From an uncultured bacterium (GTDB lineage Bacteria; Verrucomicrobiota; Kiritimatiellia; PWTM01), in contig CAACVY010000002.1 in assembly GCA_900661335.1 (NCBI GenBank), positions 3,955 through 67,954 of the forward strand: a stretch of 64,000 nt of DNA, written 5' to 3'. This document shows positions 1 through 9,330 of the stretch, piece by piece. The position numbers were made by a program, and so were the translations under genes. Every line of letters begins with the position of its first letter. Within the stretch, counting starts at the first letter, position 1. The notes beneath the pieces were generated by a model. The model did no database searches. It was given only the letters and a program-made list of their open reading frames with translations, and had not been told where the DNA came from.

Positions 1-1
1 C

Positions 2-1051
2 ATGGAGGAACGCGGCATCGGTCGGCCGAGCACGTACGCGTCGACGGTCCAGCTGCTCTACGAACGGGGTTACATTCGGCGCGTCAAACGGGCGATCTAT
101 CCCACCGAGCTGGGCATGAAGGTAGTCGAGTACCTCGTCGAACGCTTCCCGAAGTTGTTCGACATCGGCTTCACGGCCGACATGGAACAGCAGCTCGATG
201 CCATCGAGGAAGGGCGGGCAAACTGGCGCGACATGCTTCAGCGGTTCTACCAGAGCTTCCAAGAATGGATGGAATCGGCGCAGGGCCGCGATCCCAACCC
301 GGACGAGCTCAAACAGCTGATCGAGTTGCTCGTTCAGGACGTGCAGTCGTGGGACGCGCCCGCGCCGGGGCGGCGTGCGTTCAACGAGCAAAAGTTTGTC
401 AAATCGCTCCGCGAGCAAATCGCGGCCGGGCGGCCCGTGACCGAGCGCCAAGGCCAGGTGCTCCGGCGGATCGCATGGAAATATCGCGACCAGGTCCCGG
501 AGGTAGTCCCGTTGCTTTTGCGGCTGGGATGGTCGGAACCTGCCGGGACTTCGCGGCCGCCTTCCGAACGTACGGCGGCTGATGTGCAGCAACTGCTCGA
601 TCGCTTGGCGGATGTGCAGTTCGATCCTCCGCGGAAGGTCCGCGGGCGAACGTGGGATGATAAGAAGTTTTACGAATCCCTCCGCGCACAAGTCGCAGCC
701 GGTCGGGCGCTGACGGACGCGCAGGTCAAAGCGTTGGAGCAACTCGCCCGTCGCTATGGACGGCTGCCCAGTTCCAGCGGGGGCAGCGTGGCCGAGGACC
801 CGATGACCCCGGAGGAGACCCAAGCGATCGAGGAGATGTTCCGCGTGGTCCGGGAAGTGCGGGAATGGAAAACACCTCCGGAGCGCCGCGGCCTCATAAA
901 AGACGATCGAGCGTTCGTCGAGTCGCTGGAACAGCAATTCCGACGTTCTGGTCGACTGAGTCCAAAGCAGGTCGCGGCGTTGCGACGTTTGGTCCAACGC
1001 TATAGTGGAACGGCGACGTCGTCGGAGCCGACGGAAACGAACGCATCGTGA
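2..1051 (+). CDS. topA: DNA topoisomerase I, C-terminal part (5' end outside window)
   Basis: ORF is open from the window edge and begins in the type IA topoisomerase motif GIGRPSTYAS. The last ~260 aa are three tandem copies of a ~75-95 aa unit rather than Zn-ribbons. Confidence 0.8.
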   Translation: MEERGIGRPSTYASTVQLLYERGYIRRVKRAIYPTELGMKVVEYLVERFPKLFDIGFTADMEQQLDAIEEGRANWRDMLQRFYQSFQEWMESAQGRDPNPDELKQLIELLVQDVQSWDAPAPGRRAFNEQKFVKSLREQIAAGRPVTERQGQVLRRIAWKYRDQVPEVVPLLLRLGWSEPAGTSRPPSERTAADVQQLLDRLADVQFDPPRKVRGRTWDDKKFYESLRAQVAAGRALTDAQVKALEQLARRYGRLPSSSGGSVAEDPMTPEETQAIEEMFRVVREVREWKTPPERRGLIKDDRAFVESLEQQFRRSGRLSPKQVAALRRLVQRYSGTATSSEPTETNAS

Positions 1052-1923
1052 TCGACCTTCACTTGCATTCGAACATCTCCGACGGCACCTTGTCCCCCGA
1101 GGACTTGGTTCGGGAGCTCGTTCGTTCGGGCATTCGCTATGCGGCCTTGACTGACCACGACACGATTGCGGGGTGGCGACGGTTCGAACAGGCGGCGAGA
1201 CAGGCGGGTTTGTCGGTCATTCGCGGCGTCGAAATCAGTGCAGCCCACCCGTGCTGTCCGGTGCATTTGTTGGGCTATTTCGTGGAGGCTACCCCTGCGA
1301 TGTGCTCGGCCCTGCGTCGAGTGCGCCGGGGACGCATGCGGCGCAATCAAGCCATCGTGGCGAAACTGGCAGAGCTTGGGAAACCTGTCGCGTGGGAAAG
1401 CGTGCGCCGCACGGCAGGCTCATGCATGATCGGGCGGATGCACATCGCGCGAGCGATGGTGGCGGCGGGCCATGTGCCGACAGTGCGAGCCGCCTTCGAT
1501 GAATGGCTCGCGCGCGGGCGTCCCGCCTACGTGGAGCGGTTCAGGCTGCCGTTTCATCGCGCGATCGCGCAGCTACATGCCGCCAGCGCGGTGGTCGTCC
1601 TTGCGCATCCGGGCCTGCTGCCGTGTGGGTCGGACGACCGAGCGCAGATCCTCCGCGATCTGGTCGGAGCCGGTTTGGACGGTGTGGAGGCGTATCACTC
1701 GCGCCACAATTCGGAGATCACCCGGGAGTTTCGGCGTTGGGCTCAACGGCATGGCGTGCTTGTGACGGGCGGATCCGACTACCATGGGCCACAGCCCAGC
1801 GATGGATCGCACGCAGTGGAACTGGGGCAGTTGCACGTTCCCGAAGAAACCTGGAAGGCGTTGTGCGACGCCGCCCAACGATGGTCTCGCCGCTCTGCGC
1901 GAGTTCATGCGACAAAGCTTTAG
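1048..1923 (+). CDS. PHP-domain phosphoesterase (TrpH/YciV-like)
   Basis: PHP motifs HLHSNISDG, LTDHDT, VLAHPG, GGSDYHG. GTG start overlaps the topA stop (GTGA). Confidence 0.8.
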   Translation: MIDLHLHSNISDGTLSPEDLVRELVRSGIRYAALTDHDTIAGWRRFEQAARQAGLSVIRGVEISAAHPCCPVHLLGYFVEATPAMCSALRRVRRGRMRRNQAIVAKLAELGKPVAWESVRRTAGSCMIGRMHIARAMVAAGHVPTVRAAFDEWLARGRPAYVERFRLPFHRAIAQLHAASAVVVLAHPGLLPCGSDDRAQILRDLVGAGLDGVEAYHSRHNSEITREFRRWAQRHGVLVTGGSDYHGPQPSDGSHAVELGQLHVPEETWKALCDAAQRWSRRSARVHATKL

Positions 1924-1932
1924 AGACTTCCG

Positions 1933-2009
1933 TCCAAGGATTGGAAGTCGCGGTCGGAAATTCGTCCAAAGGTTGGAAGCCCGGCGGCTAAATTCGTCCA
2001 AAGCTTGGA
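1933..2009. repeat. Three 32-bp-phased units with palindromic core TCCAA-N3-TTGGA (locus 1)
   Basis: Cores at 1933-1945 (TCCAAGGATTGGA), 1965-1977 (TCCAAAGGTTGGA) and 1997-2009 (TCCAAAGCTTGGA). Units 1-2 also share the flank AAATTCG. Intergenic, starting 10 nt after the PHP stop codon. Confidence 0.8.
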
Positions 2010-2252
2010 ACACTCGGGGGTGGGTTCTGGTTGGCGCCGGACTTGTCGTCGTGCACGCCCAAGTTCGCGGACACGCCGTGGCAGTTACCGGAGACTTCGC
2101 CGCCGACTCTGGCACGTGCGAGTGCGGCAGCGTCAGCCTTCGCAGGTCGCACGTATTTCGGTCTCGGCGTAGACTGAGCCGACGGACACGAGAACCCATC
2201 GGCGGAATTGGGTGCGCGGAGTTTCCCGCACTTGACGAATCAGGAGGTCGAA

Positions 2253-3674
2253 GTGAAGGAGCGCTGGTTTCGTGGTCGCACTGCGGCGGTGTGGCTGGCG
2301 GTGGGGAGTGCAATCGCAGCCATGGCAGAGGCCCCATCGAATCGGCTGCCGGCCGCCATCGCGTCGGCCGAGGAGTTGTTGGCGTGCATGGCGTCGCAGC
2401 GGCATGCCACGCGGCCAGACTTTGTGGTGTATGTGCCGCAGGTGACGAACTCCGCGCTTGCGGACACGGGCAACGAGCATTTCTTAGTGTTCGAGGGGCC
2501 GGACGGTTCGTTCATGGCGGTATGGACGCAGAGCTCCGCGGAAGCTCGGCCGGACCAGCACATCGTGTTTGCGCGGAGCGAGGATGGTGGACGGACGTGG
2601 TCGCCGCCGAAGGTGATCGCCGGTCCAGCCCGCGCGGGCGAGGGGCCGATGGCCAGCTGGGCGTTTCCGCTCGTTAGCCGGCGGGGCCGGATCTACGTGC
2701 TGTACAGCCAGCACATCGGTCGCTACGACAATTTTCCTCACCACACCGGCTGGCTGGTCGGGATGTACAGTGACGATGCTGGGCGTACATGGTCGGCCCC
2801 GCAGCGCGTATTCATGCCGCGCAGCATTCGGGATAATCCTGATCCGACAATGCCGCCCAATGTTCTGTGTTGGCAAAAACCGCTCCGGCTCGCGCCGGGG
2901 GGACGTTACCTCGTGGGCGTGACACGGTGGACGAGTTTTGCGGTGACGCCCAACCCCACGAAGTCATGGATTTCCGCGGATTCCCGCGTGGAGTTCATTC
3001 GTTTCGAGAATGTGGACGACCACCCAGAACCGAGCGAGCTGAGGCTGTCGTGGTTCATGACGAACGAACGAGCGCTGGCGGTCGAGTTTCCTGGCAACCC
3101 GACGATCAGCGTGTGCCAAGAGCCCTCCATCGTACGGTTGCCGGACGGTCGTTTGTTCTGCGTGATGCGCACCGCCGCGGGCGGCCCCTATTGGAGCGTG
3201 AGCGCCGATGGTGGCGAGACGTGGAGTTCGCCGCGCCCTTTGTGCCGACGCGACGGCGGTACCCGACTGCTACATCCGCTGTCGCCGTGCCCGATCTACG
3301 ACCTGGGTGGTAACGAAGCCGGCAGCGGCCGCTACGCATTGTTCATTCATGGCCATGATGGGCACTACCAAGGATATGGCCCGACCGACACGATGTTTCA
3401 CCGGCGGCCGGTCTACTTGGTGCCGGGGACGTTCATGCCCGGCGCGGACCAGCCGGTGTGGTTCGAGGAGCCCCGGTGGTTCATGGACCACGACGGGACA
3501 CCGCTCGGGCCCGTGGGAAGCCGTGGGCGTTTGGACTTGGCGCTTTATGGCAGTTGGACCGTTTTGGAGGGCGTGCCAGTGTTGTGGTATCCCGACCGCA
3601 AGTTTTTCCTTCTTGGGCGGCGAATCGGACCGGAGTGGTGGCCGAGGACAGCTCCGACGGCGGAAGTTCGCTGA
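2253..3674 (+). CDS. BNR/Asp-box repeat glycosidase, sialidase-like (GH33-like), secreted
   Basis: Three Asp-box motifs: SEDGGRTWS, SDDAGRTWS, SADGGETWS. GTG at 2253 is preceded by AGGAGG (2242-2247) and gives a signal-peptide-like N-terminus (KERWFRGRTAAVWLAVGSAIAAMA). The ORF-track TTG start at 2208 is less likely. Confidence 0.65.
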   Translation: MKERWFRGRTAAVWLAVGSAIAAMAEAPSNRLPAAIASAEELLACMASQRHATRPDFVVYVPQVTNSALADTGNEHFLVFEGPDGSFMAVWTQSSAEARPDQHIVFARSEDGGRTWSPPKVIAGPARAGEGPMASWAFPLVSRRGRIYVLYSQHIGRYDNFPHHTGWLVGMYSDDAGRTWSAPQRVFMPRSIRDNPDPTMPPNVLCWQKPLRLAPGGRYLVGVTRWTSFAVTPNPTKSWISADSRVEFIRFENVDDHPEPSELRLSWFMTNERALAVEFPGNPTISVCQEPSIVRLPDGRLFCVMRTAAGGPYWSVSADGGETWSSPRPLCRRDGGTRLLHPLSPCPIYDLGGNEAGSGRYALFIHGHDGHYQGYGPTDTMFHRRPVYLVPGTFMPGADQPVWFEEPRWFMDHDGTPLGPVGSRGRLDLALYGSWTVLEGVPVLWYPDRKFFLLGRRIGPEWWPRTAPTAEVR

Positions 3675-3809
3675 CGGCGACGCGCGCGGGCCATCCGACC
3701 GGCTGGAAATTTTGAACATAGTTGCGCAGAAGGCCGGCTGGCTCCGCGTGTTGGCGATGCGCTATAGTGGGCGGGTGGCTCCTCGGAGCATCGGGCTCGG
3801 GGTGGGGCG

Positions 3810-4463
3810 GTGGAACTTGAAAGGGCTGGGGAGTTGAACTGGATTCGATCCCATGGGTGGGCGGTCGTGGCGGGTAGTCTTTGGGCTGCATGGTTCGCCT
3901 GGACGCGGTCGGGTGGCGTGGATTTTTGGTGGGGGATGGCCACGATGTCGGCGGGTGTGGCCGGGATCGGTCTGGTGGTGGAGCCAACGTTGCGGCGGGA
4001 GTTGGCAGAGGAACTCCAGCGCGAGGGGGTTCGCGGCGTGGTCGAAGGTGTTGCGCTTGCGCTGAGTCTTTATGCCGTATTCTGGATTGGCAACCACTTG
4101 GTTCGCCATGTCGGGTTCGGGGAACGTGTGGATTCGGTGTATGGCCTGGCGCACGGGGTGTCGCGGGTTCGGATCGCGGCGCTGTTGCTGTGGGTGATCG
4201 GGCCGGCCGAGGAGATTGTTTGGCGTGGCTTGGTTCAGCGGCAGTGGGCTCGGCATGAACCGCGGGCGAGCGTGGGATGGGCCACGGCATTGTATGCCGC
4301 GGTTCACGCCCCGAGCGGGAACTGGGTACTTGTCATGGCTGCGGCGGTGGCGGGCGTGGTGTGGGGTGGGTGGTATTACGCCCGGCGGCGGCTCTGGGCC
4401 AACATCGTGAGCCATGCGCTGTGGGATGTGCTTGTGTTTGTCGCGTGGCCCTTGGGAGCGTGA
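3810..4463 (+). CDS. CPBP-family intramembrane metalloprotease (CAAX protease-like)
   Basis: Multi-pass hydrophobic protein with CPBP motifs EEIVWRG (EExxxR) and SHALWD (HxxxD/N). GTG start. Confidence 0.75.
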   Translation: MELERAGELNWIRSHGWAVVAGSLWAAWFAWTRSGGVDFWWGMATMSAGVAGIGLVVEPTLRRELAEELQREGVRGVVEGVALALSLYAVFWIGNHLVRHVGFGERVDSVYGLAHGVSRVRIAALLLWVIGPAEEIVWRGLVQRQWARHEPRASVGWATALYAAVHAPSGNWVLVMAAAVAGVVWGGWYYARRRLWANIVSHALWDVLVFVAWPLGA

Positions 4464-4479
4464 TCAGGCTCGCTGGACT

Positions 4480-5169
4480 TCACGGGCGGCGAAACGAGTT
4501 CAGCCAGGGCAGGGCATCGGCCAGGTTGGCGGCGACCATATGGGCGCCGGCTTGCCGCAGCGTGGGTTCGTCGAAAGTGCTGGTCAGCCCTAAGCAGTAG
4601 GCGCCGGCGGCGCGTCCTGCTTGGAGTCCGTTGGGCGCGTCTTCGACCACCAGACAGCGCTCGATCGGCGTTCCTACAGCGAGGGCCGCGATAAGGAAGA
4701 TGTCCGGGTGAGGCTTTTTACGCGGCACATCGCTGCCAGTGACCCGTGCATCGAAGAGTGCAGGCGGCAGACCGATCTCGGCGAGATTGCCCTCCAGTTT
4801 GATGCGGTCGGCACTGGTCGCGACGGCGAGTCGCCATCCGAGTTCTCGCGCAGTTTGGACGAATTCGCGCGCGCCGGGAAGCGCCTGCAGCCGTCCGCGG
4901 ATCACCTGCAGGTAGATCTCATAGGTCAACTGCTTGTCCTCAGGCAACCGCAGTGGGAGCCCGCGCCGTTCCGCCACGCCGCCGAGGTAGCGGTCCTCGC
5001 CCGCACCCACAAAGGGCCGGAACTCTTCTGGCGACACTTCCACACCGAAGCGGCGACGGAACATCTCCCGTGCGGCTTCGCAAATGAATGGTTCGGAGTC
5101 GCAGAGCACGCCGTCCATGTCGAACAGGATCGCCTCGATCGGATGTAGCCATGGTTCCAGCACCCGCAT
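4480..5169 (-). CDS. HAD-superfamily hydrolase, subfamily IA (beta-phosphoglucomutase-like)
   Basis: Motif I FDMDGVLCDSE, plus later ATSA and VVEDAPNG motifs typical of HAD-IA. Confidence 0.75.
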   Translation of the reverse strand: MRVLEPWLHPIEAILFDMDGVLCDSEPFICEAAREMFRRRFGVEVSPEEFRPFVGAGEDRYLGGVAERRGLPLRLPEDKQLTYEIYLQVIRGRLQALPGAREFVQTARELGWRLAVATSADRIKLEGNLAEIGLPPALFDARVTGSDVPRKKPHPDIFLIAALAVGTPIERCLVVEDAPNGLQAGRAAGAYCLGLTSTFDEPTLRQAGAHMVAANLADALPWLNSFRRP

Positions 5170-5262
5170 GAATCTTCCCTCGGCGCTGATGCTATGTGTG
5201 CCTCGGCCGCGAGTCGCTCTTGATTCGCCCGCGGACGCTGGCGACGGATCCTGGCGTGGCCG

Positions 5263-6585
5263 TCACGAGTAGCGGTGTCCGTGCACGTTGGAAGTACGGT
5301 AGCCGTACAGCGCAATTACCGCGAAACAGATGAGCGGGAGCGCAAAGGACACCCGGGTGCTGGACAGCACGAGCGAGCCGTAGCGGAAGGCCGGCTGATC
5401 CATGATCCAACCTTGAATGGGGGGCATGAGGGCCCCACCGCCGATGGCCATGATCAAGCCCGCGGCGCCCAACTTTGCGTCGTCGCCTAGCCCTTTGAGG
5501 GCGATGCCGTAGATCGTCGGGAACATCAGCGACATACACGCCGAGACCGCGATCAGACAGTACAGCCCCCAAATGGTTGGGATGAAGATTGTCCCAAGGA
5601 TGAGCAGGAAGCCGCCGGTGGCGAGCGTGAAGAGCAACCCGCCGGGGCTGACATACTTGAGCAGGTACGTGCAGATGAAGCGGAACGTGACGAACGTCCC
5701 CATCGCGTACATGTTGTAGAGCTGGCCAATTTCCTTCTTGATGCCCAACTCGTACTCGGCGTACTGGATGATGAACGTCCAGCACATGATTTGGACGCCG
5801 ACGTAGAAGAACTGCGCGATGACGCCTTCGATGTAGCGGCCGTTGCGGACCAAGCGGCGGACCGTACCTAGAAAATCGATGTTGCGGTTGCCTTCGCCCG
5901 CCACGCGTGGCAGGCGTGCGATCAGAAAGATGATGAGCACCACGAACACGGTGAGTCCGAGCGCGGCGTAGGGTGCAACGATCACGTCCAAGTCATGGTG
6001 CGCCAGTTTCAAGAACTCTTCAGGGTTGGTTTGCTGGAGGATCCGGCGCTCCGCTTCCGGCATTGGATCGAGTCGGCGCAGGATGAACGTCTTTGCGACC
6101 CACATGCCGGTGAGCGAGCCGATGGGGTTGAAGGCCTGGGCGAAGTTCAGCCGACGCGTGGCAGTCTCTTCGGGTCCCAGCGCGAGAATGTACGGGTTGG
6201 CGCTGGTTTCCAAGAACGAGAGCCCGCAAGTCATCACAAAGTACGCCAGTAGAAACGCCCAGAACGCCATCATCCAGCCGGACGGGATGAACAAGAAACA
6301 GCCGAGGGAGTACAGCAGCAGACCCATGAGAAGACCGCTCTTGTAGGAGAACCGCTTGATGAATAGCGCGGCGGGGATGGCCATCACGCAGTAGCCGCCG
6401 TAGAAGGCGAACTGCACGAGCGAGCTTTGAAAGTTGCTGATCAAAAGAATGTTCTTGAACGCCGCCACCATCGGGTTAGTAACGTCGTTCGCGAACCCCC
6501 ACAGCGCGAAGAGGGTCGTGACCAACGCAAAGGGGAACAGAAATTCGCGCGTCAACACCGGTGGGTGTTTGTGAGCACCTTCCAT
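5263..6585 (-). CDS. fucP: L-fucose:H+ symporter family MFS permease
   Basis: Collinear resemblance to E. coli FucP (FPFALVTTLFALWGFANDVTNPMV..., LETSANPY, MFPTIYGIALKGLG). ATG at 6585 is preceded by AGGAGA; the ORF-track start 6660 is probably too far upstream. Confidence 0.8.
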   Translation of the reverse strand: MEGAHKHPPVLTREFLFPFALVTTLFALWGFANDVTNPMVAAFKNILLISNFQSSLVQFAFYGGYCVMAIPAALFIKRFSYKSGLLMGLLLYSLGCFLFIPSGWMMAFWAFLLAYFVMTCGLSFLETSANPYILALGPEETATRRLNFAQAFNPIGSLTGMWVAKTFILRRLDPMPEAERRILQQTNPEEFLKLAHHDLDVIVAPYAALGLTVFVVLIIFLIARLPRVAGEGNRNIDFLGTVRRLVRNGRYIEGVIAQFFYVGVQIMCWTFIIQYAEYELGIKKEIGQLYNMYAMGTFVTFRFICTYLLKYVSPGGLLFTLATGGFLLILGTIFIPTIWGLYCLIAVSACMSLMFPTIYGIALKGLGDDAKLGAAGLIMAIGGGALMPPIQGWIMDQPAFRYGSLVLSSTRVSFALPLICFAVIALYGYRTSNVHGHRYS

Positions 6586-6762
6586 CGTCCTGTCTCCTCT
6601 GCCGGACTCGCCGCCGGCGAACATGCGGGACATGATGGCAAGCAACGGACCTTGTGTCAAATGTCGGCCGCGTTTGGCGCGGCCCAGCGTGATCTTCAGG
6701 GGGCCACGTCGGACGGCACTCCATCCCGCCGCGGTCGGTGCGAGTCACGGAGCTTGGTTCTT

Positions 6763-8241
6763 TTATGGGTCGCGCGTGCCCGGGGGACCGATCCGCGTGA
6801 ACGGGATGCGCAGAAGGCGCGCCAGTTTCTCCAATGTGTCGGCTCGATGCCCCACTCCGACCGCGCAATGGTGCGCAGGACCTGCCTCCGTCCAGGATTG
6901 GATGAATTCGCGCGCACTGATACCGAACCGATAGCGGCTATTCGTGTTGCCGATTTGCAAGGTTGGACCGGGAACGGAGTCACCTTCGGCGACCAAGAGG
7001 CCCACGCCGCCATCGGCTCGTTCGACGACCGACAGCACGGTGATGGGTCCGTGGCGCACCGCCATTTGAATCGAAAGACCGCGGCCGGGTTTGCCGTGGT
7101 AGACCGGTAGCGGCACCAACCCCACGCGTCCTTCAGCGATCGCCGGGTGCGCCGGTCCGTCGTGGCCAAGCAGCACGACGTCGTCGACGAAATCGGCCAG
7201 GTAGAATTCGGAAAAGGACCCACCGGCCTCCAGGAGGTCGAAGATTTTCATCGCGTGGGCGTTTTTGATTTCGCATTCCCCGGCCACCGGTACGTGGCGG
7301 CCCGTCAACAGGGTGAAGCCTGGGATCACGGAGGTGATGATGTCCTGGTAGGGGTGGCCGGCCACGCCTTCATAGTAGTAGGCCAACGCGTGCAAGTCGT
7401 GCCGTTCTACCAGGCGGTCCAATGCCACCGATGTCCGTGCAGCTCGGTCCAGTTCCGCAGGTGGACATTCAGGAGAGACGTCGAACGTTTTGCGGAATTC
7501 GCGAAGTTTCGCTTGAACGTCTCGGCGCGTAGCTTGCTCGCGAAGTTGATGAAGCTCGCACATCTCGAGCAGTTCGAAATGCGTTCCGAACACGCCCGCC
7601 AGGCGAGTCATGTCGGTATAAACGTCCAGCATGCCGCAATAGTAATGGCCCAGAACGCCCATGCGGGTGCGTCGGAGACGCGCTCGCACGCATGCCGCCT
7701 CTACCCATTCGCGGATTTGCTTCCAGGCCGCCGCGTCCCTTAGATGGCCGGTGACCATGTGGAACTGGATGCCGGCGCGACTGAACGCACAGGCCAATTC
7801 GGGGCACGCGCAGGCTTGGCAATGCTCCAGCCAAACTCCGGTCATGCGGCCCCGATCGCCCAGGGCGTTGAACTTCGCGTAATCCAGCTGCGGCACCGGC
7901 TGGAGGTTCAGCACGACCACCGGGACGTTCAGGCGCTGGACGAGAGGCAGCACGGTGGACGACAGCGCGTAGGTGCTGACGTACAGGAACAGCAGTTCCA
8001 CTCCTTCGCATCGGAGACGGTCGGCGACTTGGTGGGCGTGGGGGACTGTGTCCACCAAGCCACCGTTCACTACGCGCAGGTCGCCATAGCGGGCAAGGGT
8101 CTGCGCGATCTGTTGCTGGTACCCGACCAGACGGTCTCGGAGTCCTTCGAATTGCTCCCAGTAAGTTTGGAGTCCGACCCCCACCAACCCGACCGGAGTT
8201 CGCTCCGCAATCTTCGTTTGAGCTTGGACGCTTTTTTTCAT
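6763..8241 (-). CDS. L-arabinose isomerase (AraA) family sugar isomerase
   Basis: About 490 aa with AraA-like blocks ([35 protein letters not shown]). ATG at 8241 (MKKS) is preceded by GGAGG. Lies next to fucP. Confidence 0.7.
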   Translation of the reverse strand: MKKSVQAQTKIAERTPVGLVGVGLQTYWEQFEGLRDRLVGYQQQIAQTLARYGDLRVVNGGLVDTVPHAHQVADRLRCEGVELLFLYVSTYALSSTVLPLVQRLNVPVVVLNLQPVPQLDYAKFNALGDRGRMTGVWLEHCQACACPELACAFSRAGIQFHMVTGHLRDAAAWKQIREWVEAACVRARLRRTRMGVLGHYYCGMLDVYTDMTRLAGVFGTHFELLEMCELHQLREQATRRDVQAKLREFRKTFDVSPECPPAELDRAARTSVALDRLVERHDLHALAYYYEGVAGHPYQDIITSVIPGFTLLTGRHVPVAGECEIKNAHAMKIFDLLEAGGSFSEFYLADFVDDVVLLGHDGPAHPAIAEGRVGLVPLPVYHGKPGRGLSIQMAVRHGPITVLSVVERADGGVGLLVAEGDSVPGPTLQIGNTNSRYRFGISAREFIQSWTEAGPAHHCAVGVGHRADTLEKLARLLRIPFTRIGPPGTRDP

Positions 8242-8826
8242 GACGACCACCTCCACAACTTCAACGTCAACCCAACGCTAGCACAACAGGCATTTGAAGT
8301 CATCGTTCTGGCGCGCGTCGAACCCGTACCTGATCCTGTGCGCGGCCAGGCTCTGAAAGTCGGACTGGGGCGAGGTCGTGCTGATGAGTGTGGGCGACAC
8401 CCCCCGATGCGATGGGCGCGGAGGCGGGCGTAGGGCTTCGTCGTGGGGTTGCCTCACGTGTACTTCTTGTGCATGGCGGGACTCGATGCCCTCTGCCATC
8501 GGGGGTCCATGCGTAGGTCGGCGGGCGATGCGGCGCGTGATCCTCTCGGCGGGCCATGGCGTTCGTTGTGGCGCACAACCAGAGAACGGGGTTCAAAGCG
8601 TTGTGGTTCATTACGCAGCGGCAATGTTCCAATGCGTTTCGAGCTTGGTCAGGTCTTCTTGATCCAACAGACTAGCTTGAGGCTCTGAAGATCGGTCCAG
8701 GCGACGGCGTGCTTTAGGGCTTGCTTGACCGGGGCGCGTGGTTCGAAGCGGGTGGCGATCGAGGGTTGACTCTGGTTCGGGGAAAGTCGAAACTCGGCTC
8801 GGTTGCAGCGAACAGGAGAAGAAGCC

Positions 8827-9330
8827 ATGGGAACCAAAGGTCGGGAAATTGTAGGTCTGAATGTGGACGAGCTCCTTCGGATGCTCAACCGGGCATTCGC
8901 CGATGAATGGCTGGCATACTACCAATATTGGCTCGGCGCAAAACTGGCCAAAGGGCCTATGAAGGATGCTGTAATGGCCGAGTTGACTCAGCATGCAGCA
9001 GATGAGCTTCGCCATGCAGACATGCTGGCGTTGCGGATCATCCAACTCGGTGGCACACCGGTGCTATCGCCGGCCGACTGGCTCAAGGAGTCGGGGTGTG
9101 GTTACGACGCGCCGGTGGATCCCCACGTGGCGCGCCTGTTGAATCAGAACATCGCTGGCGAGCAGTGCGCGATCGTGACGTACCAGAAGTTGATCCAGGC
9201 CACGCAAACGGCCGATCCCGTGACGTACAATTTGGCTGTCCAGATCCTCTCCGACGAAGTCCAGCACGAAGAAGACCTGCAGGCCCTCAAGGAAGATCTG
9301 ACGCTGTTGATCGCCTCGGCGCAGCGCTAA
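8827..9330 (+). CDS. Ferritin-like / Dps-like di-iron protein
   Basis: Four-helix ferritin-like pattern with two ExxH motifs (ADELRHAD, DEVQHEED). ATG at 8827 is preceded by AGGAGA. Confidence 0.65.
   Translation: MGTKGREIVGLNVDELLRMLNRAFADEWLAYYQYWLGAKLAKGPMKDAVMAELTQHAADELRHADMLALRIIQLGGTPVLSPADWLKESGCGYDAPVDPHVARLLNQNIAGEQCAIVTYQKLIQATQTADPVTYNLAVQILSDEVQHEEDLQALKEDLTLLIASAQR

Noticed and set aside
1933-2009. The 32-bp periodic arrays as a CRISPR array
   Set aside because: The conserved core is only 13 nt, arrays have 2-6 units, the spacers are 19 nt and partly conserved between units, and no cas genes are present.
6883-6902. CCTCCGTCCAGGATTGGATG, very similar to unit 1 of the palindrome array
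   Set aside because: It lies inside the AraA-like gene, where it encodes the conserved block FIQSWTEAG. It lacks one base of the left arm and has no 32-nt partner, so it is probably coincidence.
8355-8372. GAAAGTCGGAC, plus other partial resemblances at about 29150-29200 and 59240-59475, as RNase P RNA (rnpB)
   Set aside because: The near-invariant GAGGAAAGUCCGGGC and ACAGAAnCCGGCUUA pair is not present, and the required P4 complementarity cannot be formed.
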